Shown here piece after piece: positions 29,275-36,161 of a DNA stretch of 43,175 nt. The translations under genes and the position numbers were made by a program. Origin of the DNA: an uncultured Phycisphaerales bacterium (lineage in GTDB: Bacteria > Planctomycetota > Phycisphaerae > UBA1845); the NCBI GenBank assembly GCA_965371725.1, contig CBDUZO010000027.1:1-43175 (forward strand), in the 5' to 3' direction. Each line of letters begins with the position of its first letter. Positions within the stretch are counted from its first letter, which is position 1. Under the pieces are notes generated by a model. The model searched no databases. It saw only the letters and a program-made list of their open reading frames with translations, and was not told the origin of the DNA.

Positions 29275-31055
29275 CGGCGGAGGTGATAACGCATCAACCG
29301 TGGGCGGAACGAGCCTGCGCGGATGTAGGACCTGGTCTCCAGCCGGTCTATAGCGATTTCAGTGGTCTCGTAGCGTCCGACAGCCAAGAATCTCCGGGAA
29401 ACTTCGGGATTCGGGCACTACATCAGAATAGAACTTGTTCCAGCCGCGCCGAGCCTGACGAGTGGACGTACGTGCTTGCCCACTGCCTGCTCCATCTTGG
29501 TTTCGAGCACTTCCGCGAGCGAGGCGACCCGCGTGCCTGGAACGCCGCGTGCGATTACTTTGTAGCCCGCTTCCTTGCCGATCTCAAGTTGGGTCGCCCG
29601 CCCGCGACCCTCCCGGTTTTCGGTCAAGCCCCCGCTCGCGACGAGGAGAGCCTGTACGAGCAGTTCCGCGAGGCCGGCATACCAGATCATCTGGTTGGCT
29701 ACGGAACCGCGGGGCCAAAGGCGAGCGATATGATCTATCAGCCTCCCAGACCGGTATCCCAGCTTCGGGTCCGCAAGAAGCTCTGGGCTGAGTGGTTCAG
29801 CGAAGGGATTGCCATGGCCGTCAGCCAGGCGGTCGAGGTGGCCGCTGGGAATCTGGCGAGACTCAGCGGCGGATGGCAGCTCAGGACCAACGTACAGAGG
29901 GCGAGGTCGTGGTTCATCAGCAGCTACCCTCTGCTGGGAGCGTTGGCGGGCGCTTTCGAGTTGGTCGAGGATGCACAAGTCTGTATCCGCCTCGGCATTT
30001 CGGTTGCCGCCGTGGACGCCGAGTCCAAGGAGGTCTACGTAAATCCGGCGGCCGGGCTGACCTTGGACGAAGCCCGTTTCGTCATTGCCCACGAGCTTCT
30101 GCATGTTGGATTGCGTCATGACGCGCGCCGCCGAGGCCGTGACCGGTTCCTGTGGAATGTGGCCTGCGACTATGTGATCAACGGCTGGCTCGCCGAAATG
30201 CAGGTCGGAGACATTCCTCGCTTTGGCGGATTGCACGACGAGGACCTGAAGGGTTTGTCGGCCGAGGCGGTCTACGATCTCGTCGTGACTGATCTACGCC
30301 GCGGCCGAAAACTCGCGACCTTGGCAGGATACGGTCGCTGCGACATTCTCGAACCACGTACACCCGATTGGTGGGCGGCTTGCGCCGGGATCTCGCTCGA
30401 CGACTTCTATCGCAGCTGTCTGATGCGCGGTCTGTCCTACCATGAGAAAGAGGGACGCGGATTCCTGCCAGCCGGGCTTGTCGAGGAGATACGGGCGCTG
30501 AATCAACCGGCGATTCCATGGGAAGTGGAGCTCTCCCAGTGGTTCGACGGGTATTTCTCGCCGCTGGAAAAACGCCGTACCTATGCCCGCCCAAGCAGGC
30601 GGCAGTCGGCAACACCCGACATTCCGCGGCCGCGCTGGGTACCGATCGAGGGCGCGGAAGACGGGCGCACGTTCGGTGTCGTCCTCGACACTTCCGGTTC
30701 CATGGATCGGACGCTGCTCGCCAAGGCACTCGGGGCGGTGGCCAGCTATGCGATCAGCCGAGACGTGCCCGCGGTCCGCGTCGTCTTCTGCGACGCCGCT
30801 GCGTACGACCAGGGATACATGCCGCCTGACGCCATTGCCCAACGTGTCAAAGTCCGCGGCCGCGGCGGGACGATTCTCCAGCCCGGTGTGAACCTACTGG
30901 AGAAGGCCGAGGACTTTCCCAAGAAAGGCCCGATCCTCATCATCACCGATGGCTGGTGCGATCGTGTGCGCGTTCGCCACGACCATGCGTTCCTCTTGCC
31001 TCAGAGCAGCAGTTTGCCGTTCGTGCCGAAAGGAAGGGTGTTTCGGTTCAAGTGA
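29205..31055 (+). CDS. DUF2201-type protein with a putative metallopeptidase module (HExxH) and C-terminal VWA domain; N-terminal module duplicated and degenerate
   Basis: Intact module VIAHELLHVGLRH...LWNVACDYVING, then VWA MIDAS VVLDTSGSM and ILIITDGW. An upstream degenerate copy VLAHCLLHLGFEH...AWNAACDYFVA is also present. The stop position is firm but the true start is uncertain: the ORF runs through repeat copy C and 70 nt into the upstream gene, and GTG 29469 is a possible start. Confidence 0.7.
   Translation: MLSGRVDARVRGRGQRRAGRLSLTAEVITHQPWAERACADVGPGLQPVYSDFSGLVASDSQESPGNFGIRALHQNRTCSSRAEPDEWTYVLAHCLLHLGFEHFRERGDPRAWNAACDYFVARFLADLKLGRPPATLPVFGQAPARDEESLYEQFREAGIPDHLVGYGTAGPKASDMIYQPPRPVSQLRVRKKLWAEWFSEGIAMAVSQAVEVAAGNLARLSGGWQLRTNVQRARSWFISSYPLLGALAGAFELVEDAQVCIRLGISVAAVDAESKEVYVNPAAGLTLDEARFVIAHELLHVGLRHDARRRGRDRFLWNVACDYVINGWLAEMQVGDIPRFGGLHDEDLKGLSAEAVYDLVVTDLRRGRKLATLAGYGRCDILEPRTPDWWAACAGISLDDFYRSCLMRGLSYHEKEGRGFLPAGLVEEIRALNQPAIPWEVELSQWFDGYFSPLEKRRTYARPSRRQSATPDIPRPRWVPIEGAEDGRTFGVVLDTSGSMDRTLLAKALGAVASYAISRDVPAVRVVFCDAAAYDQGYMPPDAIAQRVKVRGRGGTILQPGVNLLEKAEDFPKKGPILIITDGWCDRVRVRHDHAFLLPQSSSLPFVPKGRVFRFK
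29352..29441 (-). repeat. Copy C (inverted orientation) of the ~90-bp intergenic hairpin repeat family
   Basis: Its reverse complement aligns along the full length with copies A and B. Confidence 0.8.
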
Positions 31056-31509
31056 GTGAGCGGCAATCGGTTGATCGTCAACAGGCGGTACTCCGCGAGG
31101 AAGATCAGAAGCTCCCGGTCGTTCTTGTTCAGCTTGTTCGCCATGACCTACAACGCCGGAGCCGTCACGGGAGGTATGTGTCGGCCAAAAGCCCCCCGGG
31201 CGATCGCGCCCGTCCGACCTGCCGTAAGTATCTATATCTAATACTGTTATGCGATCGAATGCCGAGCCCTCCGCCAATGGAATCGCCGTCGATCTCGTCG
31301 GTGCCACCGTTCTTCCGGGGTCGCTTGACGATGGCAGCAGCGGGTGTGGCGCGGGCGGAGACGCCAGTGGTCGACCGGTGTTGGTTGGACGCGCTGGACG
31401 ATGAATGCTCACATCGGATATGCTCTGTAGCTACAAGCGCCAACGGGCAGCGAATGTGGGAGTGCCCCCAATCTGTTGACGGAGCTTTGCAGGGCTCGGA
31501 GCGACTTCA

Positions 31510-32145
31510 ATGATGCCGCGAATATTGCCTGACGATGACATTTCCTTCTTGCACGAAGAGGAAAACTGGTGCTACGGGCCGACTGTGGACTTGTTGATGT
31601 TCTACGGGACAACGGCCTGTCCCGATTCGGTTCGCACAGCTCTTTTCAGCACACCCAACGTGATCGGGCCGTTTGCGGAGATACGCGATATCCCGGCGCG
31701 CACAGCTTATCGCCCCAGCGACGCACACGTCTCGTGGAGCGCCTATCTAGTTGCGTGTGATTCACAAGGTAGAATAGCGTCATTCGGCGGCTACTCGTAT
31801 GTCCTCGCGCGTGGCGGTGGAGTGGAACTCATGCTCTGCGTGTACCCGAGCCAAGTTGAGAGAGTCTGTGGCGCGTATCCCTGGTGCTACGACCGAACGT
31901 GGGTGACGCCTCCGGTGATCGACTTCCATCGGGTGTTGGTGCGGCTTGCGCGTGACATTCACGAGAGGCAACCATTTCGCCTCGCGACAATCACGGACGA
32001 GGCAAACGCATGGCACCGCGATGATATTGAGGGAATCGCCATTCGAAAGGAGGTCGCCGACAGGGCCGGCTGGAACACCCTGCGAACGATAGACGGGATG
32101 GCAGTTCTCGCGGCCGTGGAAAGCGGGTGTCCACCCGCTGGTTAG
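31510..32145 (+). CDS. Hypothetical protein in a visibly AT-richer segment
   Basis: 211-aa ORF (MMPRILPDDDISFLHEEENWCYGPTVDLLMFYG...) with no recognisable domain. Its composition differs from the surrounding GC-rich genes. Confidence 0.4.
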   Translation: MMPRILPDDDISFLHEEENWCYGPTVDLLMFYGTTACPDSVRTALFSTPNVIGPFAEIRDIPARTAYRPSDAHVSWSAYLVACDSQGRIASFGGYSYVLARGGGVELMLCVYPSQVERVCGAYPWCYDRTWVTPPVIDFHRVLVRLARDIHERQPFRLATITDEANAWHRDDIEGIAIRKEVADRAGWNTLRTIDGMAVLAAVESGCPPAG

Positions 32146-32730
32146 GCGCCCCGCGCACTTCACGATTCCACTTGGCATCATGAGGTGCGACGAACACCGT
32201 TTTCTCGCACTCATACGTCTTTCCATGATCAGATACTGCTTCTAGCCACAAGACTCACTTTATGGCCAGTACACGACCGGCTAATGGCCTCGGTCTTTCT
32301 GGAGTGTGGTGACTTCGTGATCGTGACGAGCAGGACCGCCCGCGTGAAGACGGCGCCGCCGTTTCGAGGGCCCTGATGCTCAGCCGACCCATCCAAACAA
32401 CGCTTCCACAGTGCTTCGATCGGGCGCTCGCCCCAAACCACCGCATGAGTGCCAAGCCCAGATGGGTGCAACTGGTCTTGGGCAGTAGCCCCGTTGCGCC
32501 ATCTGTCGTGCCATCCACAGGTAAGCAGGCCTCCAATTCACGGGAACGCCCCGCCATCTCGCTCGCACACGCCCACGCTGCTGGAGCGATTCCCTAAAGG
32601 CTTCAGACTGTATCGTCCAGAGGATCATTCCTGAACATTGTCCAGCTGTGATCTGTCCTGGCAATAGGACCGGGGCAAGTGCTGCTGCCACTACGCGATG
32701 AACCTCTGTGGTAGAGCCACGACCCCGCAT

Positions 32731-32801
32731 TCCCGACGCCTGGAATCGAACCAGGGTCACCTGGTCCACAGCCAGGTGTTCTGCCGCTAAACTACGTCGG
32801 G
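32731..32801 (-). tRNA. tRNA-His(GTG)
   Basis: Cloverleaf read from the reverse complement. Acceptor CCCGACG/CGTCGGG, anticodon loop CTGTGGA, T-loop GGTTCGATTCC, discriminator A73, no encoded G-1. Confidence 0.8.
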
Positions 32802-32835
32802 GCAGCAAGACGGACAAGGCCCGGTCGTTCAGCAA

Positions 32836-32907
32836 TGTGCGGAGGTGGATTCGAACCACCGGCGCTCGGCTCTTCAGGCCGACGCTCTACCACTGAGCTA
32901 TCCGCAC
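32836..32907 (-). tRNA. tRNA-Phe(GAA)
   Basis: Acceptor GTGCGGA/TCCGCAC, D-arm TAGCTCAGTGGTAGAGC, anticodon loop CTGAAGA, T-loop GGTTCGAATCC. Confidence 0.85.
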
Positions 32908-33008
32908 GCAAACGGAAGACGGTGGACACGATCCACAAGCCCGCGGGCTCCGCCCGCTTTCAAGGCAAGGGCCGCCCCAAACGGCGATTTCATCTTCCAA
33001 GCTCACGA

Positions 33009-33079
33009 TAGGGACGAGGGGAATTGAACCCCTGACTCGAGCTTGAAGGGCTCGCGTGCTACCACTACACCACGCCCCC
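33009..33079 (-). tRNA. tRNA-Glu(TTC)-like with unusual anticodon loop CCTTCAA
   Basis: Canonical D and T arms, and an anticodon stem CGAGC/GCTCG. Position 33 is C instead of U, and the acceptor stem has two G-U pairs. Confidence 0.5.
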
Positions 33080-33146
33080 ACAATGGAAGGATGAAGCATG
33101 AACACAGGTTCATTCGTCCGCGCATCAGCCTGTCCTCCTGGCCAAA

Positions 33147-33216
33147 CGACCCGTGGGGGAGTTGAACCCCGGTACGACCGTGACAGGGTCGCGTGTTTCC
33201 GCTACACCAACGGGCC
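33147..33216 (-). tRNA. tRNA-Asp(GTC)
   Basis: Acceptor GGCCCGT/ACGGGTC, anticodon stem CGACC/GGTCG with loop CTGTCAC. Slightly irregular variable-loop/T-stem junction; 70 nt. Confidence 0.65.
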
Positions 33217-33220
33217 ACAC

Positions 33221-33294
33221 TCAGGGCGGGTGGGCTCGAACCACCGACCTCTCCCGTCCGAGGGGAGCGACCTGCCAGACTGGCCTACGCCCTG
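33221..33294 (-). tRNA. tRNA-Pro(CGG)
   Basis: Acceptor CAGGGCG/CGCCCTG, anticodon stem CTCCC/GGGAG, loop CTCGGAC. Confidence 0.85.
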
Positions 33295-33303
33295 TAATTC
33301 AAC

Positions 33304-33376
33304 TCAGGGTAGGAGGATTCGAACCTCCGGCCTCGCGGTCCCAAGCCGCGCGCTCTGCCTACTGAGCTACACCCTG
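33304..33376 (-). tRNA. tRNA-Pro(TGG)
   Basis: Acceptor CAGGGTG/TACCCTG, anticodon stem CGCGG/CCGCG, loop CTTGGGA, T-loop GGTTCGAATCC. Confidence 0.85.
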
Positions 33377-33426
33377 CCGATTTGATGCCTTCATCCTTCT
33401 GCTTTCATCCTTCATCCTTGTTGATG

Positions 33427-33499
33427 AGACTGGGACCGGATTCGAACCGGCAATCTGCGGAGCTGCGATCCGCCGCCTTACCAGTTTGGCTACCCAGTC
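33427..33499 (-). tRNA. tRNA-Cys(GCA)-like with non-canonical anticodon loop TCGCAGC (possible pseudogene)
   Basis: Perfect acceptor GACTGGG/CCCAGTC and T-arm. Anticodon stem GCGGA/TCCGC, but the loop has C33 and G37. Confidence 0.45.
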
Positions 33500-34051
33500 A
33501 GCGCAACAAAAAAACCGGACAACCCATCGGATCGCCCGGCTTGCTGATGCCTACTTCTCGTGTCAGAACCTACGCACGCAGCCTCCCCGGGCGATCCGTT
33601 GGATCGCTTTCGTGCTCACATGAGCAAAATCGGGTTGGCCAGGTTACGTTCAACATCGTGCTTATAATATACACGCCAACCATGGCTTGGTCAAGTGACT
33701 TTTGTACGACTTTGCCTTTTCCCTGCGCCGCCGACCTGCGTCCGAGGTGATAAAGGTCGCGGAGGTCTCGGCCCCTCTACCGAGTGAGCCGAAGACGCTA
33801 CGTTCAGGCGTGGCAGAGCTTCACGGTTCGGTATCCTACCCGGACCTCGTACTCGACTGTTGCTTCGCTGAGGATTCCCCTGGGGTTTGGCGTGATCACG
33901 TAGTGACCAAGTTTCTTGAACTTTCTCCTTGACTTGGCGTTATAGTGAGGTATGTTTAGTAGTTCAGTTAGTCTCTAGCGACAGAAGGAATCGCAACGTG
34001 CAAAGGTTCGACCGACATTGGCATCCCGCGGTGGCCAACCCCATGACACAT

Positions 34052-34133
34052 GGGGGCGGAACCGCTCTGGGAAGCGGGTCGGTTTCCAAAGCCGATGCCT
34101 TCGCGCTGGGGAGTTCGATTCTCCACGCCCCTG
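34052..34133 (+). pseudogene. tRNA-like element (Trp CCA-like anticodon loop TTCCAAA) with aberrant geometry
   Basis: 7-bp acceptor GGGGGCG/CGCCCCT, D-arm CCGC-TCTGGGAA-GCGG, T-loop GTTCGATTC. An extra nucleotide lies between acceptor and D-stem, the variable region is 11-13 nt, and the T-stem is 4 bp. 82 nt. Confidence 0.3.
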
Positions 34134-34525
34134 TACTACTTTACGCAACGATAGGTCAAGGCAGGATGTGCCTGAACTTGCCGGTCGTCGCCGCCAAGTA
34201 GCCCAGCATCGCTCCGAGTTTTAAAGCGTTTAGGCTGTTTGGCGGCGAATGAGCGCCTGTACTGTGCGTGCACATACGGCGGGTGATACCGCTGCAGTCT
34301 GTGTGCGCGCACGTGTATGGAATGATGGAGAATCAGTCTTCCGGAAGAAAGGCTGACAAGCCTTGCGCCGGAGGTGCGCGCGTGAGCATAACAGTCGGTC
34401 CATTGTAACGTGACCGCTGCAGCTCCTGTATTCGTGTGGAGGTGGGCGGTCGAGGGATCTTCACTGATAAGACGGATCGGTCGCCGCAGGAGATATGTAG
34501 CTTGCCCTATCGCCTATCGAACGAA

Positions 34526-34598
34526 GCGGCGGTAGCCCAACGGCAGAGGCATCGGACTTAAATTCCGAGCAGTGCGGGTTCGAATCCCGCCCGCCGCA
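34526..34598 (+). tRNA. Class-I tRNA with anticodon TAA (leucine UUA-type anticodon on a short-variable-loop body); isotype uncertain
   Basis: GCGGCGG-TA-GCCC-AACGGCA-GAGGC-A-TCGGA-CTTAAAT-TCCGA-GCAGT-GCGGG-TTCGAAT-CCCGC-CCGCCGC-A. 73 nt, 5-nt variable loop, A73. Confidence 0.7.
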
Positions 34599-34604
34599 GC
34601 AAGA

Positions 34605-34677
34605 GGCCAAGTAGCCCAACGGCAGAGGCAGACGGTTCAGAACCGTCTCAGTGTAGGTTCGAATCCTACCTTGGCCA
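34605..34677 (+). tRNA. Class-I tRNA with anticodon CAG (leucine CUG-type anticodon on a short-variable-loop body); isotype uncertain
   Basis: GGCCAAG-TA-GCCC-AACGGCA-GAGGC-A-GACGG-TTCAGAA-CCGTC-TCAGT-GTAGG-TTCGAAT-CCTAC-CTTGGCC-A. The D-arm is identical to the neighbouring TAA tRNA. Confidence 0.7.
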
Positions 34678-34688
34678 TTTGGCGCCAG

Positions 34689-34769
34689 GCGCTCGTGGCG
34701 AAAGGGAAGACGCACCGCCTTGAGTGGGCGGCGGGGAGACCCGTGAAGGTTCGAATCCTTCCGAGCGCA
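34689..34769 (+). tRNA. tRNA-Leu(GAG), class II with long variable arm
   Basis: Acceptor GCGCTCG/CGAGCGC, anticodon stem CCGCC/GGCGG with loop TTGAGTG, 13-nt variable arm CGGGGAGACCCGT, T-loop GGTTCGAATCC. 81 nt. Confidence 0.85.
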
Positions 34770-34888
34770 GTGCGGGATAGAGCGGTTGTGAGCTCGTCGG
34801 TTTCATGATAGCGGATTCCGAATCCGTGTAGCGATCGATGTCACAGAACGCCCGGGCGCGATGACCGATTGACGGCCACGTGAAAAAG

Positions 34889-34934
34889 AGCTTGCTCTAG
34901 CCGGAGGTCGAGGGTTCGAATCCCTCTCCCGCTA
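34889..34934 (+). pseudogene. tRNA 3'-half remnant (T-arm GAGGG-TTCGAAT-CCCTC plus acceptor 3' strand TCCCGCTA) without a matching 5' half
   Basis: Canonical T-arm and acceptor 3' strand are present, but no complementary 5' acceptor strand, D-arm or anticodon arm lies upstream. Confidence 0.3.
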
Positions 34935-34957
34935 TTCGTGGCAACGTGACCAGAGTG

Positions 34958-35028
34958 GTCGTCGTGGTGTAGCGGCAGCACATGACCTTGCCATGGTCAT
35001 AGCGCGGGTTCGAGTCCCGCCGACGACT
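34958..35028 (+). tRNA. tRNA-Gly(GCC)
   Basis: Acceptor GTCGTCG/CGACGAC, anticodon stem TGACC/GGTCA with loop TTGCCAT, T-loop GGTTCGAGTCC. Confidence 0.85.
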
Positions 35029-35122
35029 TGACTGGCGACGTGGAGGTAGGGTTCGCGCTTGACGACCACGGACAGCCGCGCGTGTATAGCAAGCAGGTGC
35101 GCGAGCGAGCACCACACAAGCT

Positions 35123-35195
35123 GCCGGCGTAGTTCAATGGGTAGAACGCCGCTCTTGTATGGCGGAGGCTGTGGGATCGTGGCCCACCGCCGGCT
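35123..35195 (+). tRNA. tRNA-Thr(TGT)
   Basis: Acceptor GCCGGCG/CGCCGGC, anticodon stem CCGCT/GGCGG with loop CTTGTAT. The T-loop is ATCGTGG (A54 instead of T). Confidence 0.75.
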
Positions 35196-35200
35196 GTGAT

Positions 35201-35271
35201 GTCGCTGTGGTGTAGCGGGAACACACCAGGCTTCCAACCTGGGATCGAGGGTTCAATCCCCTCCGGCGACT
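35201..35271 (+). tRNA. tRNA-Gly(TCC)
   Basis: Acceptor GTCGCTG/CGGCGAC, anticodon stem CCAGG/CCTGG with loop CTTCCAA, T-loop GGTTCAATCC. Confidence 0.85.
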
Positions 35272-35276
35272 TGTGT

Positions 35277-35349
35277 GCTGACGTAGCTCAATCGGCAGAG
35301 CGGCTGCCCCGTAAGCAGCAGGTTGCAGGATCGTTGCCTGCCGTCAGCT
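35277..35349 (+). tRNA. tRNA-Thr(CGT) with C33 in the anticodon loop
   Basis: Acceptor GCTGACG/CGTCAGC, anticodon stem GCTGC/GCAGC with loop CCCGTAA, T-arm GCAGG-ATCGTTG-CCTGC. Confidence 0.65.
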
Positions 35350-35361
35350 TTGGACTCGCGT

Positions 35362-35433
35362 GGGCCGTTAGCTCAGCGGTAGAGCGGAACGCTTATAACG
35401 TTCAGGCGGTAGGTTCGACTCCTACACGGCCCA
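35362..35433 (+). tRNA. tRNA with anticodon TAT (would read AUA; tRNA-Ile(UAU)-like)
   Basis: Acceptor GGGCCGT/ACGGCCC, D-arm TAGCTCAGCGGTAGAGC, anticodon stem GAACG/CGTTC with loop CTTATAA, T-loop GGTTCGACTCC. Confidence 0.7.
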
Positions 35434-35455
35434 GACAACAGAAGGAGCAGTGAAG

Positions 35456-35539
35456 ATGAAACGTATCGCCAAATGTAAGCGAACGGATGGTTTGTCTACA
35501 CGGGTCGGTAGCTTAACCGGCAAAGCGCGCGGCTCTTAA
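35456..35539 (+). CDS. 27-aa ORF (MKRIAKCKRTDGLSTRVGSLTGKARGS) with a strong Shine-Dalgarno, inside the tRNA array
   Basis: AAGGAG at 35442..35447, an 8-nt spacer, then ATG. It overlaps the 5' part of tRNA-Lys(CTT). It may be fortuitous or a gene remnant. Confidence 0.15.
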   Translation: MKRIAKCKRTDGLSTRVGSLTGKARGS

Positions 35540-35574
35540 CCGCGGAGCTAAGGGTTCGACTCCCTTCCGACCCA
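35502..35574 (+). tRNA. tRNA-Lys(CTT)
   Basis: Acceptor GGGTCGG/CCGACCC, anticodon stem CGCGG/CCGCG with loop CTCTTAA, T-arm AAGGG-TTCGACT-CCCTT. Confidence 0.85.
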
Positions 35575-35582
35575 TTCGTCGC

Positions 35583-35655
35583 GGGCCGGAAGCTCAATTG
35601 GCCGAGCAGCGGGCTTTTAACCCGCAGGTTGTGGGTTCAACTCCCACCCGGCCTA
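35583..35655 (+). tRNA. tRNA-Lys(TTT)
   Basis: Acceptor GGGCCGG/CCGGCCT, anticodon stem GCGGG/CCCGC with loop CTTTTAA, T-arm GTGGG-TTCAACT-CCCAC. Confidence 0.85.
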
Positions 35656-35669
35656 CTGAAAACCAACGC

Positions 35670-35743
35670 GGGGCCGTAGCCTAATCCGGGAAGGCACCTG
35701 GTTTGCACCCAGGATATTACTGGTTCGAGTCCAGTCGGCTCCA
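35670..35743 (+). tRNA. tRNA-Ala(TGC)
   Basis: Acceptor GGGGCCG/CGGCTCC containing a G3-U70 wobble pair (a G3-U70 pair is the classical alanine identity element, although its presence here rests on a single read of the stem), anticodon stem CCTGG/CCAGG with loop TTTGCAC. Confidence 0.85.
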
Positions 35744-35760
35744 TAGGAGTGACGGTCGAA

Positions 35761-35833
35761 AGGTGCGTAGCTCAGTTGGCCAGAGCAGCTTCTTACAAAG
35801 AGAAGATCGCTGGTTCGATTCCAGCCTCGCCTA
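35761..35833 (+). tRNA. tRNA-like gene with ambiguous anticodon arm (ACA with a weak stem, or CAA with A33)
   Basis: Canonical D-arm TAGCTCAGTTGGCCAGAGC and T-arm GCTGG-TTCGATT-CCAGC. The acceptor has one C-U mismatch. The anticodon region CTTCTTACAAAGAGAAG folds only in non-standard ways. Confidence 0.4.
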
Positions 35834-35840
35834 GTCGGAA

Positions 35841-35913
35841 AGGCTCGAAGCTCAATGGGATGAGCACCTGTCTACGAAACAGGAGGCTGAAGGTTCGAAT
35901 CCTTCCGGGCCTA
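35841..35913 (+). tRNA. tRNA-Arg(ACG)
   Basis: Acceptor AGGCTCG/CGGGCCT, anticodon stem CCTGT/ACAGG with loop CTACGAA, T-loop GGTTCGAATCC. Confidence 0.85.
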
Positions 35914-35919
35914 TGGGAA

Positions 35920-35992
35920 GGGCCGGTGGCGCAACGGACAGCGCGGGAGCCTTCTAAGCTCACGGTTGTAGGTTCGACTCCTACTCGGCCCG
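35920..35992 (+). tRNA. tRNA-Arg(TCT)
   Basis: Acceptor GGGCCGG/TCGGCCC, anticodon loop CTTCTAA, T-arm GTAGG-TTCGACT-CCTAC. Confidence 0.8.
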
Positions 35993-35993
35993 T

Positions 35994-36065
35994 CGCCCCG
36001 TAGCTCAAAGGAAGAGCGCCGGCGTCCGAAGCCGGGGGCTGCAGGTTCGAGTCCTGCCGGGGTGG
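35994..36065 (+). tRNA. tRNA-Arg(CCG)
   Basis: Acceptor CGCCCCG/CGGGGTG, anticodon stem CCGGC/GCCGG with loop GTCCGAA, T-loop GGTTCGAGTCC. Confidence 0.75.
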
Positions 36066-36070
36066 TCGGA

Positions 36071-36143
36071 GCAGCGGTAGCCCAACGGCAGAGGCAGCCG
36101 GCTCAAACCCGGCCAAGTGTAGGTTCGACTCCTACCCGCTGTA
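36071..36143 (+). tRNA. Class-I tRNA with anticodon CAA (leucine UUG-type anticodon on a short-variable-loop body); paralog of the 34526 and 34605 tRNAs
   Basis: GCAGCGG-TA-GCCC-AACGGCA-GAGGC-A-GCCGG-CTCAAAC-CCGGC-CAAGT-GTAGG-TTCGACT-CCTAC-CCGCTGT-A. The same D-arm TAGCCCAACGGCAGAGGCA as the other two. Confidence 0.7.
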
Positions 36144-36161
36144 GTGTGAGGCAGTGGGCAC

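Noticed and set aside
31003-31148. 48-codon minus-strand ORF (MANKLNKNDRELLIFLAEYRLLTINRLPL...) overlapping the 3' end of the DUF2201 gene
   Set aside because: Short. It overlaps the convergent gene by about 50 nt and has no supporting signal.
32380-32859. 159-aa minus-strand ORF overlapping tRNA-His
   Set aside because: Its N-terminal 43 codons are the tRNA-His gene. A shorter version starting at Met 32730, right after the tRNA, is possible but has no recognisable domain, so it is not reported as a feature.
34052-34133. Possible tmRNA or tRNA-Sec
   Set aside because: It starts GGGGGCG and has a tRNA-like T-arm, but at 82 nt it is far too short for tmRNA. It has no UCA anticodon or 8/5 acceptor/T architecture for tRNA-Sec. 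It is kept only as a tRNA-like pseudogene.
34526-36143. Alternative reading of the odd Leu-anticodon tRNAs as minus-strand genes, which would give Gln-type CTG/TTG/TTA anticodons
   Set aside because: The T-loop GGTTCGAATCC and the D-loop GG are in plus-strand orientation. The reverse complement gives ATTCGAA T-loops and no valid cloverleaf.
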